From assembly GCA_013239625.1 (NCBI GenBank), contig MU053994.1, positions 1,243,775-1,307,774 of the forward strand: 64,000 bases of DNA. Reading direction: 5' to 3'. Position numbers and translations under genes: made by a program. Of the stretch, positions 23,430 to 36,025 are shown piece by piece. Source of the DNA: Lama guanicoe. Lineage: Eukaryota. The notes below the pieces were generated by a model. It saw only the letters and a list, made by a program, of their open reading frames with translations. It did no database searches and was not told the DNA's origin. How positions within the stretch are numbered: the stretch's first letter is position 1; each line of letters opens with the position of its first letter.

Positions 23430-23960
23430 GACACTTTGATGCCTTCCTAGTACCCTTGCTCTCGGGATAAAGTCCAAAACTGTTAACAAAGTCAGTAGGG
23501 CTCCCCCCAAGGCCCAGCCCCTATCCCCTTTCCACCTGCTACAGTGAACATTGCCCTTCTAGTTCTCTATTCCAGCCCCCATTTGTATTGCTTAGTCTGC
23601 ATACTGGTCCCTCCACCTGAAATATTCTGCTCCTCCCCCTAGTTAACTCTTACTCTTTTTTCAGATCCCATCCCAATCAAAAGTCCCACAGAGGACAGCT
23701 CTCTGACCTCCCTCACTCCGAGGTGGCCCCTCTTCGGCCTTCTTAGAGTCACTCTCCACACAGCACACTGTCCCCCATTTTCCTTATCGCTCCTTTACAT
23801 GTCCTCAGACGATGATGTGACCACCCGTCACCCCTAGTAGACTGCAAGCTTCAAGAGGGCTGGGACTCTATTGTTTCTGTGATTGTAGCTCTTACCCCAA
23901 TACATACTAAACTCAGTGACTCTCATGGAATAAAGATGCACGTGAGGAAGTGTGGATGGA
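23430..23960 (+). mobile_element. L2 LINE 3' portion
   Basis: GGGATAAAGTCCAAAAC...TAGACTGCAAGCTTCAAGAGGGCTGGGAC. Confidence 0.75.
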
Positions 23961-25294
23961 AGGAACAGGGGGGCTTCTTCTGGAGCACACACACACATCA
24001 GTGCCTTGGGCAAGAGGGAGCCCTTTCAAGGGCATTCATTCTAGCAGTTGGACTGGTGCAGACCAGCGCCTTAATATTGAGTACCAGGTGGGGGGCTGCA
24101 ATCTCATTTGAAGTCGCCAGCTAACAAAGGATTGTGGCATACGTTATAACTTGTGTTTTACTTATATCTCTACTTGTGTGGGATGTAAGAAGAAAATTAT
24201 TCATTCTTCCTTCCACTACCTTATCAAACACGATTTCTCAGATACCTCTTTCTCACTCCTGGATGAAATCTCTGGCGGGTCCCATAGGTTTTCAATCCCC
24301 TTCAGTCTCAAGTGTGATCTCATTTCAGTAAATAACACGTACCATCCAGTTTAACCTGAGAACTTCAATCTTTTATTCAATTTCAAGCACATTCCCTCCC
24401 CATTCCCCCACTCCAGCTTGTCTCTCTCTGACTGGGACATGTACAAAGGGAGGGGGGAGAGAGAGGCACAGTAATGTCCCCTGTCCTCTTCTTTTCTTCC
24501 TTTCGCTGCCTCCCCCAGTGTAGCTGCCATTTCCAGTCCTTCCATAGTTGGTGCATAGTTGGTTGAGGACAGGGCAGGGCACCGCTCACTAGGTGGGTGC
24601 AGCTGTTACTGGCCAAGAAACTTCCCAGGTGTAGAGAATATTCAGTGTTGACTCTTATTTCGGCAGCTCTCATGGTCCCTCAGGGACTTTGCATTGCTGG
24701 GACTCTCTCCCCAGTAAGGCCTCTGATGCGGGTGAACATCCTTTGGCTGGCTTCTCCCTCAGCCCCCTGGCTTTGGTACAGTCCATCCCCTGATGGGATC
24801 TACTGCCCCACAAGTGGTCCTCCTGGGCAGAGCCCTCTCAGGACCACTCAGTCCATATGCCATCCAAGATCCACACCTGGCTCAGGGGAAGTGTGCATGC
24901 ATTTCAGACCCTTCCGACACTGAAAGTGCTGGTGGTTCAAAGGGCATTCAACTCTTCTTACGCTGCTTCCAGGGCAGCAGGTTAGCCACAGGCTCACACC
25001 TTCCTACCTCCCCAGGAAGGAGTCAGATGGCTGCCTTTATGTCCCTTAAGCTCCAAGGAGCATAGGCCAGGCTTTTCATGGTTCTCATAAAGCCCTTATC
25101 ACCTGGTTTAAGATGAAGAGAAAGAACCCCATTCCTCTCACTCGTGGTGGTGGGCAGCACCAACACTCCAACCACTCTCTCACCACCTTCAACTTCTAGT
25201 GAATCACTTGGCTTTTCTTTTATGGCCTGTAGTTGGCTGATGGGCAAGATGCCCTTATAATTGAAGGGTCTGATTTGCAAGTTGTCTTTTTCAT

Positions 25295-25520
25295 TTTATG
25301 TAAACTTTTTGTTGAAGTGTAACATTCATCCAGCAAAATGGGTACATTTCAAGTGTACATACAGCTTGATGAGTTTTCACAAAATAAGTGTACCTGTGTA
25401 AACATACACATAAAAAAAGAAAAAACACCTGCTAGCCCCTTCGTGTTCCTGCCAGTCGTTACCCTTCCTTCAAGGGTAACCACTATCCTGACTTCTAGGA
25501 CTGCAGATTTATTTTGCAAG
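25295..25520 (-). mobile_element. L1M 3' end
   Basis: TTGTTGAAGTGTAACATTCAT...ACAGCTTGATGAGTTTTCACAAA...GGTAACCACTATCCTGACTTCTA. Confidence 0.8.
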
Positions 25521-25550
25521 CCAAGAAAATTTTGAGAGTGGGAGGGGCTA

Positions 25551-25935
25551 TGTGGTACCTTGTCCCCCCCAAATGGCTGCCATCAATTCCTTCTCTTCCT
25601 GTAAAGACATGTTTCCATTAAGAGGAGTTAAACATTCTTACACTCCCTTGAATCTGGGCTTGTCTGTGACTACTTTGCCTAATAGAATATTGCAGGTATG
25701 ATGCTTTGCCAGTTGTAGACCTCGTCTTTAAGAGGACTGGCAGTTTCTAACTCTGTGACCTTGAGCATCCATAAAAGAGGTCCAGGCTACTCTGCTGAAG
25801 AGATAGGCCATGTAGAGGAGCACTGGAGTACCACACAAGTGAGTGAAGAAGCTGATCTTGAATGTTCAGCCCAGTGAAACCTTCAGATGACTCCTGCCCC
25901 AGCTGCCATCTGAGTACAAATGAGATTCTCACCGG
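25551..25935 (+). mobile_element. MaLR LTR (MLT1G/H-like)
   Basis: TGTGGTA...AAATGGCTGCCATCAATTCC...CCCTTGAATCTGGGC...CCTTCAGATGACTCCTGCCCCAGC. Confidence 0.8.
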
Positions 25936-27153
25936 ATCTTTAAACAAAAAGTTTCTTTGGTCCCCAGCTCCTATAACCTATCTAAGTGCAGGAAATGTGA
26001 CTCCCTAGAGAAGAATTACTCACTAACTCCTTTCTCATTTCCCCCAGATGTCTTCTGCCTCTTCAAATAAGCCTTGACTCTCATTTCATCTACAGAGCCT
26101 TGGCATGGAAGCTATTCTGTGTTTCTCTGATGAAGCAAAGAGGCAAGTCTTATTGACTGATGGGGATTAACCATAATGAGGATGCCTCGATTGTAACATG
26201 GACACTGAACATGTCATCTGCTCAGAAGCAGAGAAAAGTCATTCAAATGACAGATTGTGTAAAGATCAGTAATGCCAGGCTTTTGCACAGAGGCTCAGGG
26301 ACGGCTCTTATGAGGTTAAGTGTAATGGCATGGAGAGAAGGGCAAATAGAAAAGTACCTGTTGGCTCCACTCTGGTCCCACCCTTCGAAGGCAAATAGCT
26401 GATGATCTGCCAGACACATGCTCCCAGAGTACTCAAGGACAGAGGAAACTAAGGTAGACTTAGCCACGCCTGGATGGAACCAATGGTAGAATCATTTGAA
26501 CTCATCCCTTGGAGAAGATCATTTTTCCTTTCTGAAAACTAAGGGTATGTCTTTTTCTTTCAGACTTTGATGTGAGGTAGCAACGTCTCTAGGTTTCACT
26601 GTCAGTTTTTCTCTTGAAATTGAGATTTATGCAACTTTTTTTTCAAAATTGTGTAAAAAATGCTCGTTAGTTGTAATAGAATATGCAAATAGAAACAAGG
26701 TATCAGCAGTTATTGGAATCTGTGTTTCCATACTGTCAGGTATGAGCTGTCATATCAATCTCTGTTCACTTTTACTATTGACATTCTGAATCCACGACCA
26801 CATCACTGGGAACTTTCTTTTATTTAAACTACAGTACTTATCATTTATCAATATTTACAGAATGTGGCTGTAACAAGTCATATCCTTGGAAGGGAGCAAT
26901 TCACATCCAAAGTTCATTTGGCATTTTTTCACTGGTTAGACTTTCTGCAAGGCGTATAAATACTTTGCCCACACTGCATCAGTGATTTGAAGTATTATGA
27001 TTGCTCAGGGTTCCTGTTGTATCATGTATATTAGTACTCTATGATATGTTTTACCTATTTCCTATTATCTGAAGCAATTTCTTTTGAACCTTATCTGGAA
27101 GACATGCTAGAAATGTGAAGAACATGGAAGAAAGGAAAGGAAAATGAGTAAAA

Positions 27154-27658
27154 TGTGTTTCAGTTATCTGTTGCTATGTAGTAAACCACTATGAAATTTA
27201 GTGGCTTAAACAACAATGATTGATAATGTTTTGTGATTCTGTGGGTTGGCTGGACTGAGCTGGGCAGTTCTTCTCCTCTACATGATGTTGGCTGAAGTCA
27301 CTCATGTGGCTACATTCAGCTAATGGCAGGGCTGGAGCTATCAGTTGGATGCCTTGGTTCTTCTCCACATGTCCTCTTCATGTTATTAGCTTGAACTTTC
27401 TGATAAAAAAAAAAGGTGATTTCAGGGTTCCAAGAGGAGAAAAGTAGAAGGTGCCAGCCTGTTAAGGTCTCAGCCCAGTACCGTGAAATTAAACTGCATC
27501 AAGTCCACAGCATGTTGTTGGTCACAAGAAGTCACCAAGCCAGCATAAGATTCAAGGGGAGGGGAAATAAATTCCACTTCTAAGTAATAGGAAAAGCATG
27601 TTCATGGAGGACAGGAGGAATTATTAGTAGCCAACTTCAGTGACAGTTTACCAACAAC
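27154..27658 (-). mobile_element. MaLR LTR (MLT1-family)
   Basis: TGTGTTTCAGTTATCTGTTGCTATGTAGTAAACCAC...TAGTGGCTTAAACAAC...AGATTCAAGGGGAGGGG. Confidence 0.85.
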
Positions 27659-27754
27659 AGGAAGTGGGAAATATAAGGAAATTGAAAAAAAATAAACCCA
27701 CAGAAAAATTGAAGAAAGAAAATGCAAGAACATAATAGGAATACTCTTCAAATA

Positions 27755-27838
27755 TTCATTCATGTGTATGTCCCCAACATTTAGCCTAGAGTCTGGCACA
27801 AAGAGGCTTTTAGTTAATGTTTGTTAAATGAATGAACT
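27755..27838 (+). mobile_element. L2 3' tail
   Basis: CCTAGAGTCTGGCACA...AATGTTTGTTAAATGAATGAA. Confidence 0.75.
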
Positions 27839-27850
27839 TGATAAAGTGTC

Positions 27851-28271
27851 TGTGGCAGAGACTGGCTAGTTACTCATCAAACTGATTGATGTTCTTCTTG
27901 GGCATAAAGACAGACTTCACTTCCTAGCCTCCCTGTGGTTAGGAAAGATCTGTGATTTCTACCTGATGGAAATTCAGTGGAAGCACCATTTCCAGGTCAG
28001 ATCCATAGAGGCTTCTCAGGTGGTATCCTTCATACCCTTTCCGCTTTCTAGATTCCTATAATGGAGATAGTCTCCAGGGTGACATTTTGAAGATAGTTAA
28101 GCAACAAGATGGAAGGAGCCTGGGCCCCTGAATCACCACTTTCAGGAGACCCACCTGATGAGAAACACCCACTTTACATGGTTATATTAACAATGAATAA
28201 TCTAGTTTGTGCTAAGCTGGTGACATTTTAGGGTTTATTTGTTACAGAGGCCAGTATTATCTGAACTAACA
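27851..28271 (+). mobile_element. MaLR LTR (MLT1J-like)
   Basis: TGTGGCAGAGACTGGCTAG...AAGATGGAAGGAGCCTGGGCCCCTGAATCACC...TTTATTTGTTACAG. Confidence 0.8.
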
Positions 28272-28382
28272 CGTGTATCTCCCAACCCTCCTAGTGTTTC
28301 AAGGGCTTCAATAAAGTTCAGATTTCTTAGAACTGATGTTAAGCTCTAGTTGGTATAGTGGAAAGTAAATTTGGAACCACAC

Positions 28383-28931
28383 TGGGGTAGGCAGACTTCT
28401 AAATGGCCCCCATTGATTCCCACCTCTTGGAATTCACATCTTCATATAATCCTCTTTCCCTGAATGTGGACAGACCTGATGCCTTGTTTCTAATTAATAG
28501 AATAGATCAAAGATGATGGAAGGTCATGTCCATGATTAGATTACAAATGACTGTGACTTCCCTTGTGCTAGCAGATTCTCTTGCTGGGTTTGATGAAGCA
28601 AACTGCTGTATTGGAGACACCCATGTGGCAAGGTGTTGAGGATGGCTTCTACCTAACGGAGGAACTGAGGCCCTCAGTCCAACAACCTCGGTTAACTGAA
28701 GCCTCCTGAGAGCTCCATAAATGAGTTTGGAAATGGAACCTTCTCCAGCTGAACCTTGAGATAAGACTACAGCTTCAGTCAGTATCTTGGCTGCCGTTTT
28801 CTGAGAGGCCCTGAGGCAGAGGACTCAACTAAGCTTTGCCCAGATTCTTGACCCACAGAAACTGGGAAGTGAATTTGTGTTAAGTTTCTAAAATTTGGGG
28901 TAATTTGTTGTGTAGCAATAGACAACCAATA
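28383..28931 (+). mobile_element. MaLR LTR (MLT1E/F-like), apparently inside a MIR head
   Basis: GGTAGGCAGACTTCTAAATGGCCCCC...CCCATGTGGCAAGG...GGGTAATTTGTTGTGTAGCAATAGACAACCAATA; flanks GGTATAGTGGAAAG and TTGGGTTTTAATC are MIR-like. Confidence 0.85.
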
Positions 28932-30559
28932 TGCTCACATATTTGGGTTTTAATCTGGGGTTTACCCAACAATCTATTAACACTGGTAACCTTTTACTTT
29001 CAAGTAGATAACCTTAGAGATAAATATATGTTGAAGTGTTCTGGCTCCTGTTTGTATTTTTAAACCATGAACTTCTAGAAGAATTTCCCTGTCACACTGC
29101 TCTGCTTACCTGATCCATTATTTACTATGAAGAAACTTCTATATGATTGTTTAAAATCTGTTTGGTTTGGTGTTTGAAATTGTTGCAGGAAAAAGTCTGT
29201 AAGAGGAGAAACAGGGAGAGGCAAACAGAACTGAAACATGAGCGTTGTGTACCAAATGACCTAGCTGAAGAAATCTGGAATGTTCTATATCCATCTGAAA
29301 CACAGGAAAACCAACAGATGTTCCAAAAATAACAGGGAGACTCTAGGAAAGTTATTTATACCTTCATCCTGGTCAACAGCCTATTTTCAGGAGATGAGTT
29401 AAGGTCTGTGGAAAGAGCGTAGAGCAGCCTGTAGATGAAAGAGAGAAAAAGAGAAGTAAACACATTTAGAACGTCTGGCAGCAATGGCTTTGCAATCCTT
29501 CAAGACAACTGTTGACTGAAGCTGGAGAGAAGCTGACCCTTCTGGATGGAACTTGTCCAGATAGTTGTCTGGTTAGTTCCCTACTAACCCCTGACACTGA
29601 AGTCATACTTCTTATCCTGCTTATAATGAGTGTTTCTCTTCCCTGTACTTAGAAATAGTGTTTTGTTTCTGTGTCTCTATTGAAAGTATTGGGGAGGGGG
29701 AGCTAGAACTTGATGGTCACTTCATGTCAAGAAAAACAAAAGAGGGATATATTTCATATTGGAAGTGAAAATTAGGTGTTTAAAAAGCAGGTTGTAGGCC
29801 TGCTTTCCTCATTGATGTTTATCTCCCTCATCCTGGAAGGCATTTGATTGGGAATTTGATTTAACCTCTCTGCACTTAACAAATCTCATCTAAGAAGAGA
29901 TTACACTAGTTGAAATTTACGATCTATGGCTGCCCTGAAGTTTTATGACTCAATGACTCTTACGGTGGAAATTTCAGGCCAGAAGGAAAGCCTCTTTAGA
30001 AGGTTTCTTTAAAAGGAGAAAGATGACTGATTGGAGAAAAACTTTATAATTAACTTGCATCATGATGCTACAGGGCAATTTGAAATTATGTTAAATGATG
30101 AGGATTCACCTCAACTGTACTTTTAATACAACCATAATATCATTCTTGTTTGGCTAAGCAAAAGGGAACTTTCCCTGTTCTGACAGCTGAGCCTCATCCT
30201 AAGAAAAGATTAACTGGAATTAGCCTCTTCCCCAGTGACTCTGCGTTTCTCAAGTGCTGAGTCACATGGAAGAGACTGATGGTGCTGAAAATATCCAGTC
30301 CACCAGGCTGTGAAGTATCAAAGTGTCTTCTTAATTTGACACTAATTTATGAGTAGATCCCAACATGAGCTGTCCTTCCACAGGGATTTTGTTGACGTGT
30401 CTCTTAACCTCTTTATATCGCATTACCCATACCCCTTTAAAAAACAAACTCATGATCATACTATTTTATTTTCCCACTCAATATTTTTGGCCTCCCCAAA
30501 CAGCCCATATTTACCTTGTATTTCAACATATAAAAGTCTTTTAGTGTCTATATTCAGTT

Positions 30560-31000
30560 GGTTAACAGATATCAAACTGTTAACACTACTCCCAGATTTA
30601 TTCTTGTTTCTCTTTCTCTCTTCTTCACCATACTTGTTTTATCCCAAGGTTCCATTTACAACCTATATGTAGATATCTTCTAAATGTACCTCTTCTGTCA
30701 TGTATGTTAAACCTTACCTCCACTTTAATCAACTTTATGCCCCTCAAACTCAACATGTCCCAGAGCAGAATTCATCATATTCCTATTTAAGCTCCTCTTT
30801 CTCACTTCTCTATTTTGGCTAATGGCACCATCATTGACCAAGATGTCACCTAAGGCTCTTCCTTTTCCCTTACTCTTTCCACCTGGTTACCATAGTCTGA
30901 CAGTTTTCCTTTTAACCATTTCTTGTATCTGTCACCTCCCCTTAGCTCCCACTCTTCCTACTTTGTTTTAGCCCTTGTAATCTCTAACCTATACCATTGC
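30560..31000 (+). mobile_element. L2 LINE fragment
   Basis: CCTCAAACTCAACATGTCCCAGAGCAGAATTCATCAT...AATGGCACCATCATTGACC. Confidence 0.75.
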
Positions 31001-31664
31001 AGTGGACCCTTGGACTTCCCCAGGCCACATAGTCCCAGGATGAGGGTAAAAATCAGGCCTGAGACAGAAGTCAATGTTAGTAATAAACTGATCTTTTTTA
31101 GAATCATTAGATTGCCCTTGAATAACCATGGCATATCTACTTTTTTTTTTCCCTTAAAGAGAATTATTTCCCAGGATGTACTTCAATCCCTCAGACACAT
31201 CCCAGGTCTAGCAGTTCCACCCCACCCCCGAGCCCTCCACGAAAATAGGCCTGAACCATGGGAAGAACACAGTGTGTGCTCAGGAGTGGGCTGCTGAAAG
31301 CTAATAAACCAAACCACAATTTTCTATGAAGATTTTTGAGATAAAGACGATAAACTTATTGACGAAGCAGGAAAAAAAAAGATTTGAGTGGATTTGGGAT
31401 ACCAGTCCACTCTCTACAATGTTGTCGAAGACATTGTTCTAAAAACAAAACAGCTCATGTTTAAAACTTCCCTGATTACAATCTCTCGTGATTAAAATCT
31501 TCAGTGATTTACCAAAATATAAAAACAATCTGGAGTCTTTAACAAAGCATGTAAAACTCTTCAGAATCCAGTCATAACCTCCTTCTCCAGCATTGCTCAT
31601 GGAACCAAAAAAAGCTCCCCCAGATCTGCAGATTCCTGATCATCGTGTTTATCCATGAACCACC

Positions 31665-31860
31665 TGCAGTGTATAGCAAAGAGATTAAGAGTGTGGGCTA
31701 CAGGTTCAGACAATTCAAGATTCAAGTCCTGCCTCTGCCTTTACCATCTGTGTAATTTTAAGAAAGTTAACTTATCTAAGCCTCAGTTTATATATCTGAA
31801 AAATGGGAATAATAATAGTGCTGATGTTGTGAAATTGTAGTCAGGAATAAATGAATTATA
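31665..31860 (+). mobile_element. MIR SINE
   Basis: GATTCAAGTCCTGCCTCTGCC...AACTTATCTAAGCCTCAGTTT...AAAATGGGAATAATAATAG. Confidence 0.85.
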
Positions 31861-32454
31861 AGTATTTTCAATTTGCCTCCTTTAGTGTCTCCTGGCCATG
31901 GTAGGTGGTGGGGTGAGGGGTGTCTTCCACTGCTTGCTTGGCTTCCGAGATCTATGCTGGCTACTCAGGGTAAGGAACAGTGGAAAGAAGAATAGTGGCA
32001 CTCTGTGTGTACACAGATGAGGCAGGGAGAGGAAGGAGGAGAAAGACAGTAGGACAAATCAGCAAGAGAACAGGTGCTGGAAGGCTGAGGGAGAGAGAAA
32101 AGATAAAAAGATTTTGGAAAAGAACAGTGTGTGAATTAGGTTTTAATTAGTCTTCCTGTATGTTTCATGATAAAATTCCCCCCTCACCATCATCTCAAGA
32201 GATTTTCAGTGCTTTTAAAGGCTTTTGGTAATTAGATTTTTGTTTCTTTTGGATATGCTGAGACAGAGGCTGGCCTCAAGGCAACCCAATTTTATTTGGG
32301 TTACACTTAAAACAGTCAGGTCATTCTGGGCTACAGGGTAAATGACCAGTTTCTTTCCAGGGGAGAGAAATTATGATGGAGGTGAATATAATTCATATAA
32401 TTTTCTCATTCAGCAATTTTGGAAGTTATCTTTATCTTTTAATTTAAGAATTTG

Positions 32455-32690
32455 AGATTAGAGCCGAATTACCTGTGTTCAGATCCTCACTCTTCTGCTT
32501 AGTAGCTGTGAAAACTTGAGCAAAGTATCTAAACTCTCTTTCTCAATTTCTTCATGTATAAAATGGAAAAATGATATCTTATCCAACAAAGGATTGTTTT
32601 GGGAACTAAGTGAGTTAAAACATTTAAAAAGCTTAGAGCAGTTCTTGGTACATAGTGAGCGCATCACAAAAGTTAGCTATTATAATATTT
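32455..32690 (+). mobile_element. MIR SINE
   Basis: GTTCAGATCC...TAGCTGTGAAAACTTGAGCAAAG...TTGGTACATAGTGAGCGC...TTAGCTATTAT. Confidence 0.85.
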
Positions 32691-32747
32691 TTAGTTATCT
32701 TCCAAAATAGGCAACTTAGTTCAGAGCATACAAAAGACATTGAAAGT

Positions 32748-32840
32748 TAATACATACACATATTTATATAATTATATTTGTATATTTGTTAATACATATA
32801 GGTATACATATATGTATATATATTAGAGAGAGAGAGAAAG
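32748..32840. repeat. Low-complexity TA-rich tract followed by (AG)n
   Basis: TACATACACATATTTATATA...TATATATATTAGAGAGAGAGAG. Confidence 0.7.
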
Positions 32841-32884
32841 AGGTGAATACTTTAGTGATTAACCCCACGAGACTTTCCAACATT

Positions 32885-33230
32885 TATTTATTCATTCATT
32901 CAAGAGATATTTGTAGCACCCCTACTATGATCCCAGCTTAAAAGGTAAGACTCTAAAGATGTGCATGCAAATATTGCAGTTGCTGAGACCAGCACCACTT
33001 CAGACTCTAGAAAATACTTGATGATGTTAACAGAGAAAGCGAAGAACATTCTGGGGAGAGGATGAAGTGTAATGATTTGTCCAGAGCCATATGTTTTACC
33101 AGCACACTTTTGAATACAGCAGGTCAATCCTCTAGTCCTGTATTCTCTGTGCTTCCCCACCTGTCCAATGGAAATGATCACAGCAGTTTCATAGAGGGAT
33201 TGTGAGGATTTGTGAGTTAAATATGAACTC
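32885..33230. mobile_element. L2 tail (-) followed by a degenerate MIR (+)
   Basis: TTCATTCATTCAAGAGATATTTG; later CTCTGTGCTTCCCCACCTGTCCAATGG...GATTGTGAGGATT. Confidence 0.6.
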
Positions 33231-34104
33231 TTGCTGGTTCAAGGATCCATTAAACAACCCTGGTTTTAAGGCAGGGGGATAATGGCAGATGGCATATTTT
33301 CTATGTGCCTTGCATCGGTGTTATAGTCATGTCTTGTTTTCTATTAGCACTCATTCAGGGGTGCCCTTGGAACTCCTGTGGCTGGTCCTGTAGTTGAGGC
33401 GGGCTCTCTTAAGGGATAGGAAGCTACCATTAAAATTCAAGGATGAGGACAGGAAAGCGGGGCTGGGAGTTCTGCAAACTATTGATGTGTTGAGGGTCAG
33501 CCACTTTATTAACATATCTGTGGAAGAAACCCAATCAGGTAGTCCTCTGGCACATGAGCCCTTTGTTTATCAGCATCCTGTCTCTCGGTGTGTTTGTGAA
33601 AATATATGTGAGTGCCATGTGTACTCAGAATTCTTACTTCTGCGCTGTGAGATCTATGTCAATTCCCAGCCCTGTTTCGTTGGCACTCAGGTTCAACCCT
33701 ACGATAGCAAAGATGGGGAATGAAAAATCAGAGCTATCTTTATAAAATTTTGACCGTACCATCCTCCTGAAAAGCTTGCATCCAAGAGAGCACAACCAGT
33801 ACTGCTTTTGCAATTTCACACCTGTAATGCATGTGCTGTATGAGAAAGTATAGCAGGGGCAGTGTTTGTGTTTAGGTGGTATTGATAGTGAAACAAACTG
33901 TGATCTCTTCCTGCTTTCAATCAATCTTCCCACTGTTGCCACTTGGCTTCCTAAAATGAAAATTTCATCTGTGTCATTGCATTGCATATGAACCTTCGAT
34001 TGTCTCCCTTTTGCTTGCCTTGCATCGCACACCCTCAGCCTACCCTTCCAATGTCACCTTCTGGCGTGGCCCCTTCCACACTCCATAATCTAACCAGCCT
34101 GGAC

Positions 34105-34372
34105 AATCAGGGATTAGATGAGACAGACCCCATGGTAGCTCAGATCACAGGTTTATTTAGATGCAGACTCTTGATTTGAATCAAGGATCTCACTATTGTA
34201 TAGCCTCAAATAAGTTACTTACCTCTCTGTGCTTCAGTTTCCCCATGTATAAAATGAGGGAAATAATAGTATTATAAGGCCACTGTGGAAAGGAAATACA
34301 AAGAAAGTGCTTAGAGTAGTACCCGACACATAGCAAATACCATGCAAGATTCAGGAGCATTATTATTATTTA
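34105..34372 (+). mobile_element. MIR SINE
   Basis: AAGTTACTTACCTCTCTGTGCTTCAGTTTCCCCATGTATAAAATGAGG...GCTTAGAGTAGTACCCGACACATAG. Confidence 0.85.
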
Positions 34373-34693
34373 CAATGATCTGAATGTGGCTTTTTTTCTG
34401 ACACCTCTGTGCCTTTGCATATGCAGTTTCCATAGCCTCTAATGCCCTCTCCACCTTACATGCCTAAAGGCTAACTCACTTTCAACACCTCTCTCAAGTG
34501 TCCTAACTTCCTGCCTCTCTGTGTGCATATTCCACTATCTGGCACTTATCACAGCAGACTATTGTAGCTTTAAAAAAAAACGTTTTTTCCCTATAAGATT
34601 GTGACTTCCTTGAGGGAAATGGTTATCCTCATTTTTGTATCTCTAAGTCCCAGAATTTTTGGTGTGAAACAGACCTAAAAAAATTATTGATGG

Positions 34694-35097
34694 GTCCACA
34701 AAGAAAAAAACTTGTATAAAAATGTCCATAGTGCCATTATTCATAAGAGCCCAGAAGTGGAAACAACCCACATATCCACCAAATGATGAATGGATAAACA
34801 GATGTAGTCTGTCCATTCAGTAGAATGTTACTCACCCATAAAAAAGAATGGAGAACTTTCACATGCTAGAGAGACAAAGGAGATTAGTGATTGCTTAGAG
34901 CTAGGGGAGGGGATGGCGAGAGTAGGAGGGTATAGCTAAAGAGTGTGGACTTTCTTTATGGGGTGATGAAAATGTTCTAATATTGATGATGGTAATGATT
35001 GGACAACCCTGAATACATGAAAATTTACTGAACTGTATACTTTAAGTGAGTGGATTATATGGTATGTGAATTATATTTCAATAACTTCCCCAAAAGG
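34694..35097 (+). mobile_element. L1M (L1MB-like) 3' fragment with TSD
   Basis: GTGGAAACAACCCACATATCCACC...GGGGTGATGAAAATGTTCTAA...GAATTATATTTCAATAA; TSD AAAAA(T/G)TATTGATGG at 34679-34693 and 35098-35112. Confidence 0.85.
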
Positions 35098-35364
35098 AAA
35101 AAGTATTGATGGAATGTGGAGTGAATGGGTGGATGAGGGGGAGCCGTTTTGCTTTAGTGTTGAATATGAACATATCCAAGAACAAAATCTCAAGTGGCTG
35201 CCTCCCTGAGCAGGGGCCATTGTTAAGGCTCCTTGTTCCCTTTCTGTTTCCCCTCTTCTCTCCTACTTAGATTTTCTATTCCTCCTTCACATGTAACCCA
35301 CTGCTTAAGACAGTTTATGTGAGACCATGAAGGGGGTGGTACCTTCTTGGGGAAACTGGAACAT

Positions 35365-35540
35365 GAGAGCCCAAAGGGACCCTGGAAACATCCTTTTGTG
35401 GGAACACAGTTTTACTGATAAAGAAGTGGAGGCTCAGAGGGGTCAAGGACATTGCTTAACCTCACACTTTCAGTTGTCCCTGGGGTGAAATAAGAATCCA
35501 GTCTGCTGTTCACCTGTTCAGTGCCATGCTTACCACATGG
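35365..35540 (-). mobile_element. MIR SINE
   Basis: GTTTTACTGATAAAGAAGTGGAGGCTCAGAGGGGTCAAG. Confidence 0.7.
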
Positions 35541-35634
35541 CCTGCCTTCTTCACCTCCTACTTACCTACCTCCAGGTGAGAATGATCTGAAAGCCAAAGT
35601 ATGTAGAACCAAACCACATACTAAATGGCTCACA

Positions 35635-35698
35635 TTATATATATATGTATTTGTATTTATATTTATATATACACACACATACACATACATACACACAC
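35635..35698. repeat. Compound (TA)/(CA) microsatellite-like tract
   Basis: TATATATATATGTATTTG...ATATATACACACACATACACATACATACACACAC. Confidence 0.7.
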
Positions 35699-35819
35699 TT
35701 TATGTTCATTCTCTTCCAAGAACATTTCAGATAAAGATAACATCTCATCACATTGAATTCCTAGAGATTTTTAAAATTTCTTTTTTGGCACTTTTTTCAG
35801 TTTTATTTAATTATATTAC

Positions 35820-36025
35820 TATGGAGTATATGATATGGTAAAGAGACTGCAGGATTGGGAGTCTGGAGATCTAGACCCCCATTCTCTTGCTGTCACTGAT
35901 TAGCTGTGTGACTGGAGCAGGACATTTAACTGCTCTGGACCTCACTTCTCTCACTGTAAAGCTAGAGGTTGGATGAGAGTCCTCCTTTGATCTCTCCCTC
36001 CCACCTCTCTCTACGGTTCTATAAT
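35820..36025 (+). mobile_element. MIR3-like SINE
   Basis: GGAGTCTGGAGATCTAG...TAGCTGTGTGACT...CTGTAAAGCTAGAGGTTGGA with a CR1-like tail. Confidence 0.75.

Larger units (their letters stand above)
33920..35135 (+). mobile_element. L2 LINE carrying nested MIR and L1 insertions
   Basis: L2 pieces at 33920-34100 and 34380-34693 (TGCCTTTGCATATGCAGTT...AGATTGTGACTTCCTTGAGGG) with the tail GAATGTGGAGTGAATGG after 35112. Confidence 0.7.

Noticed and set aside
22660..23960. Opposite-orientation L2 pair as a dsRNA or foldback element
   Set aside because: The copies are too diverged to show extended complementarity, and there is no evidence of transcription.
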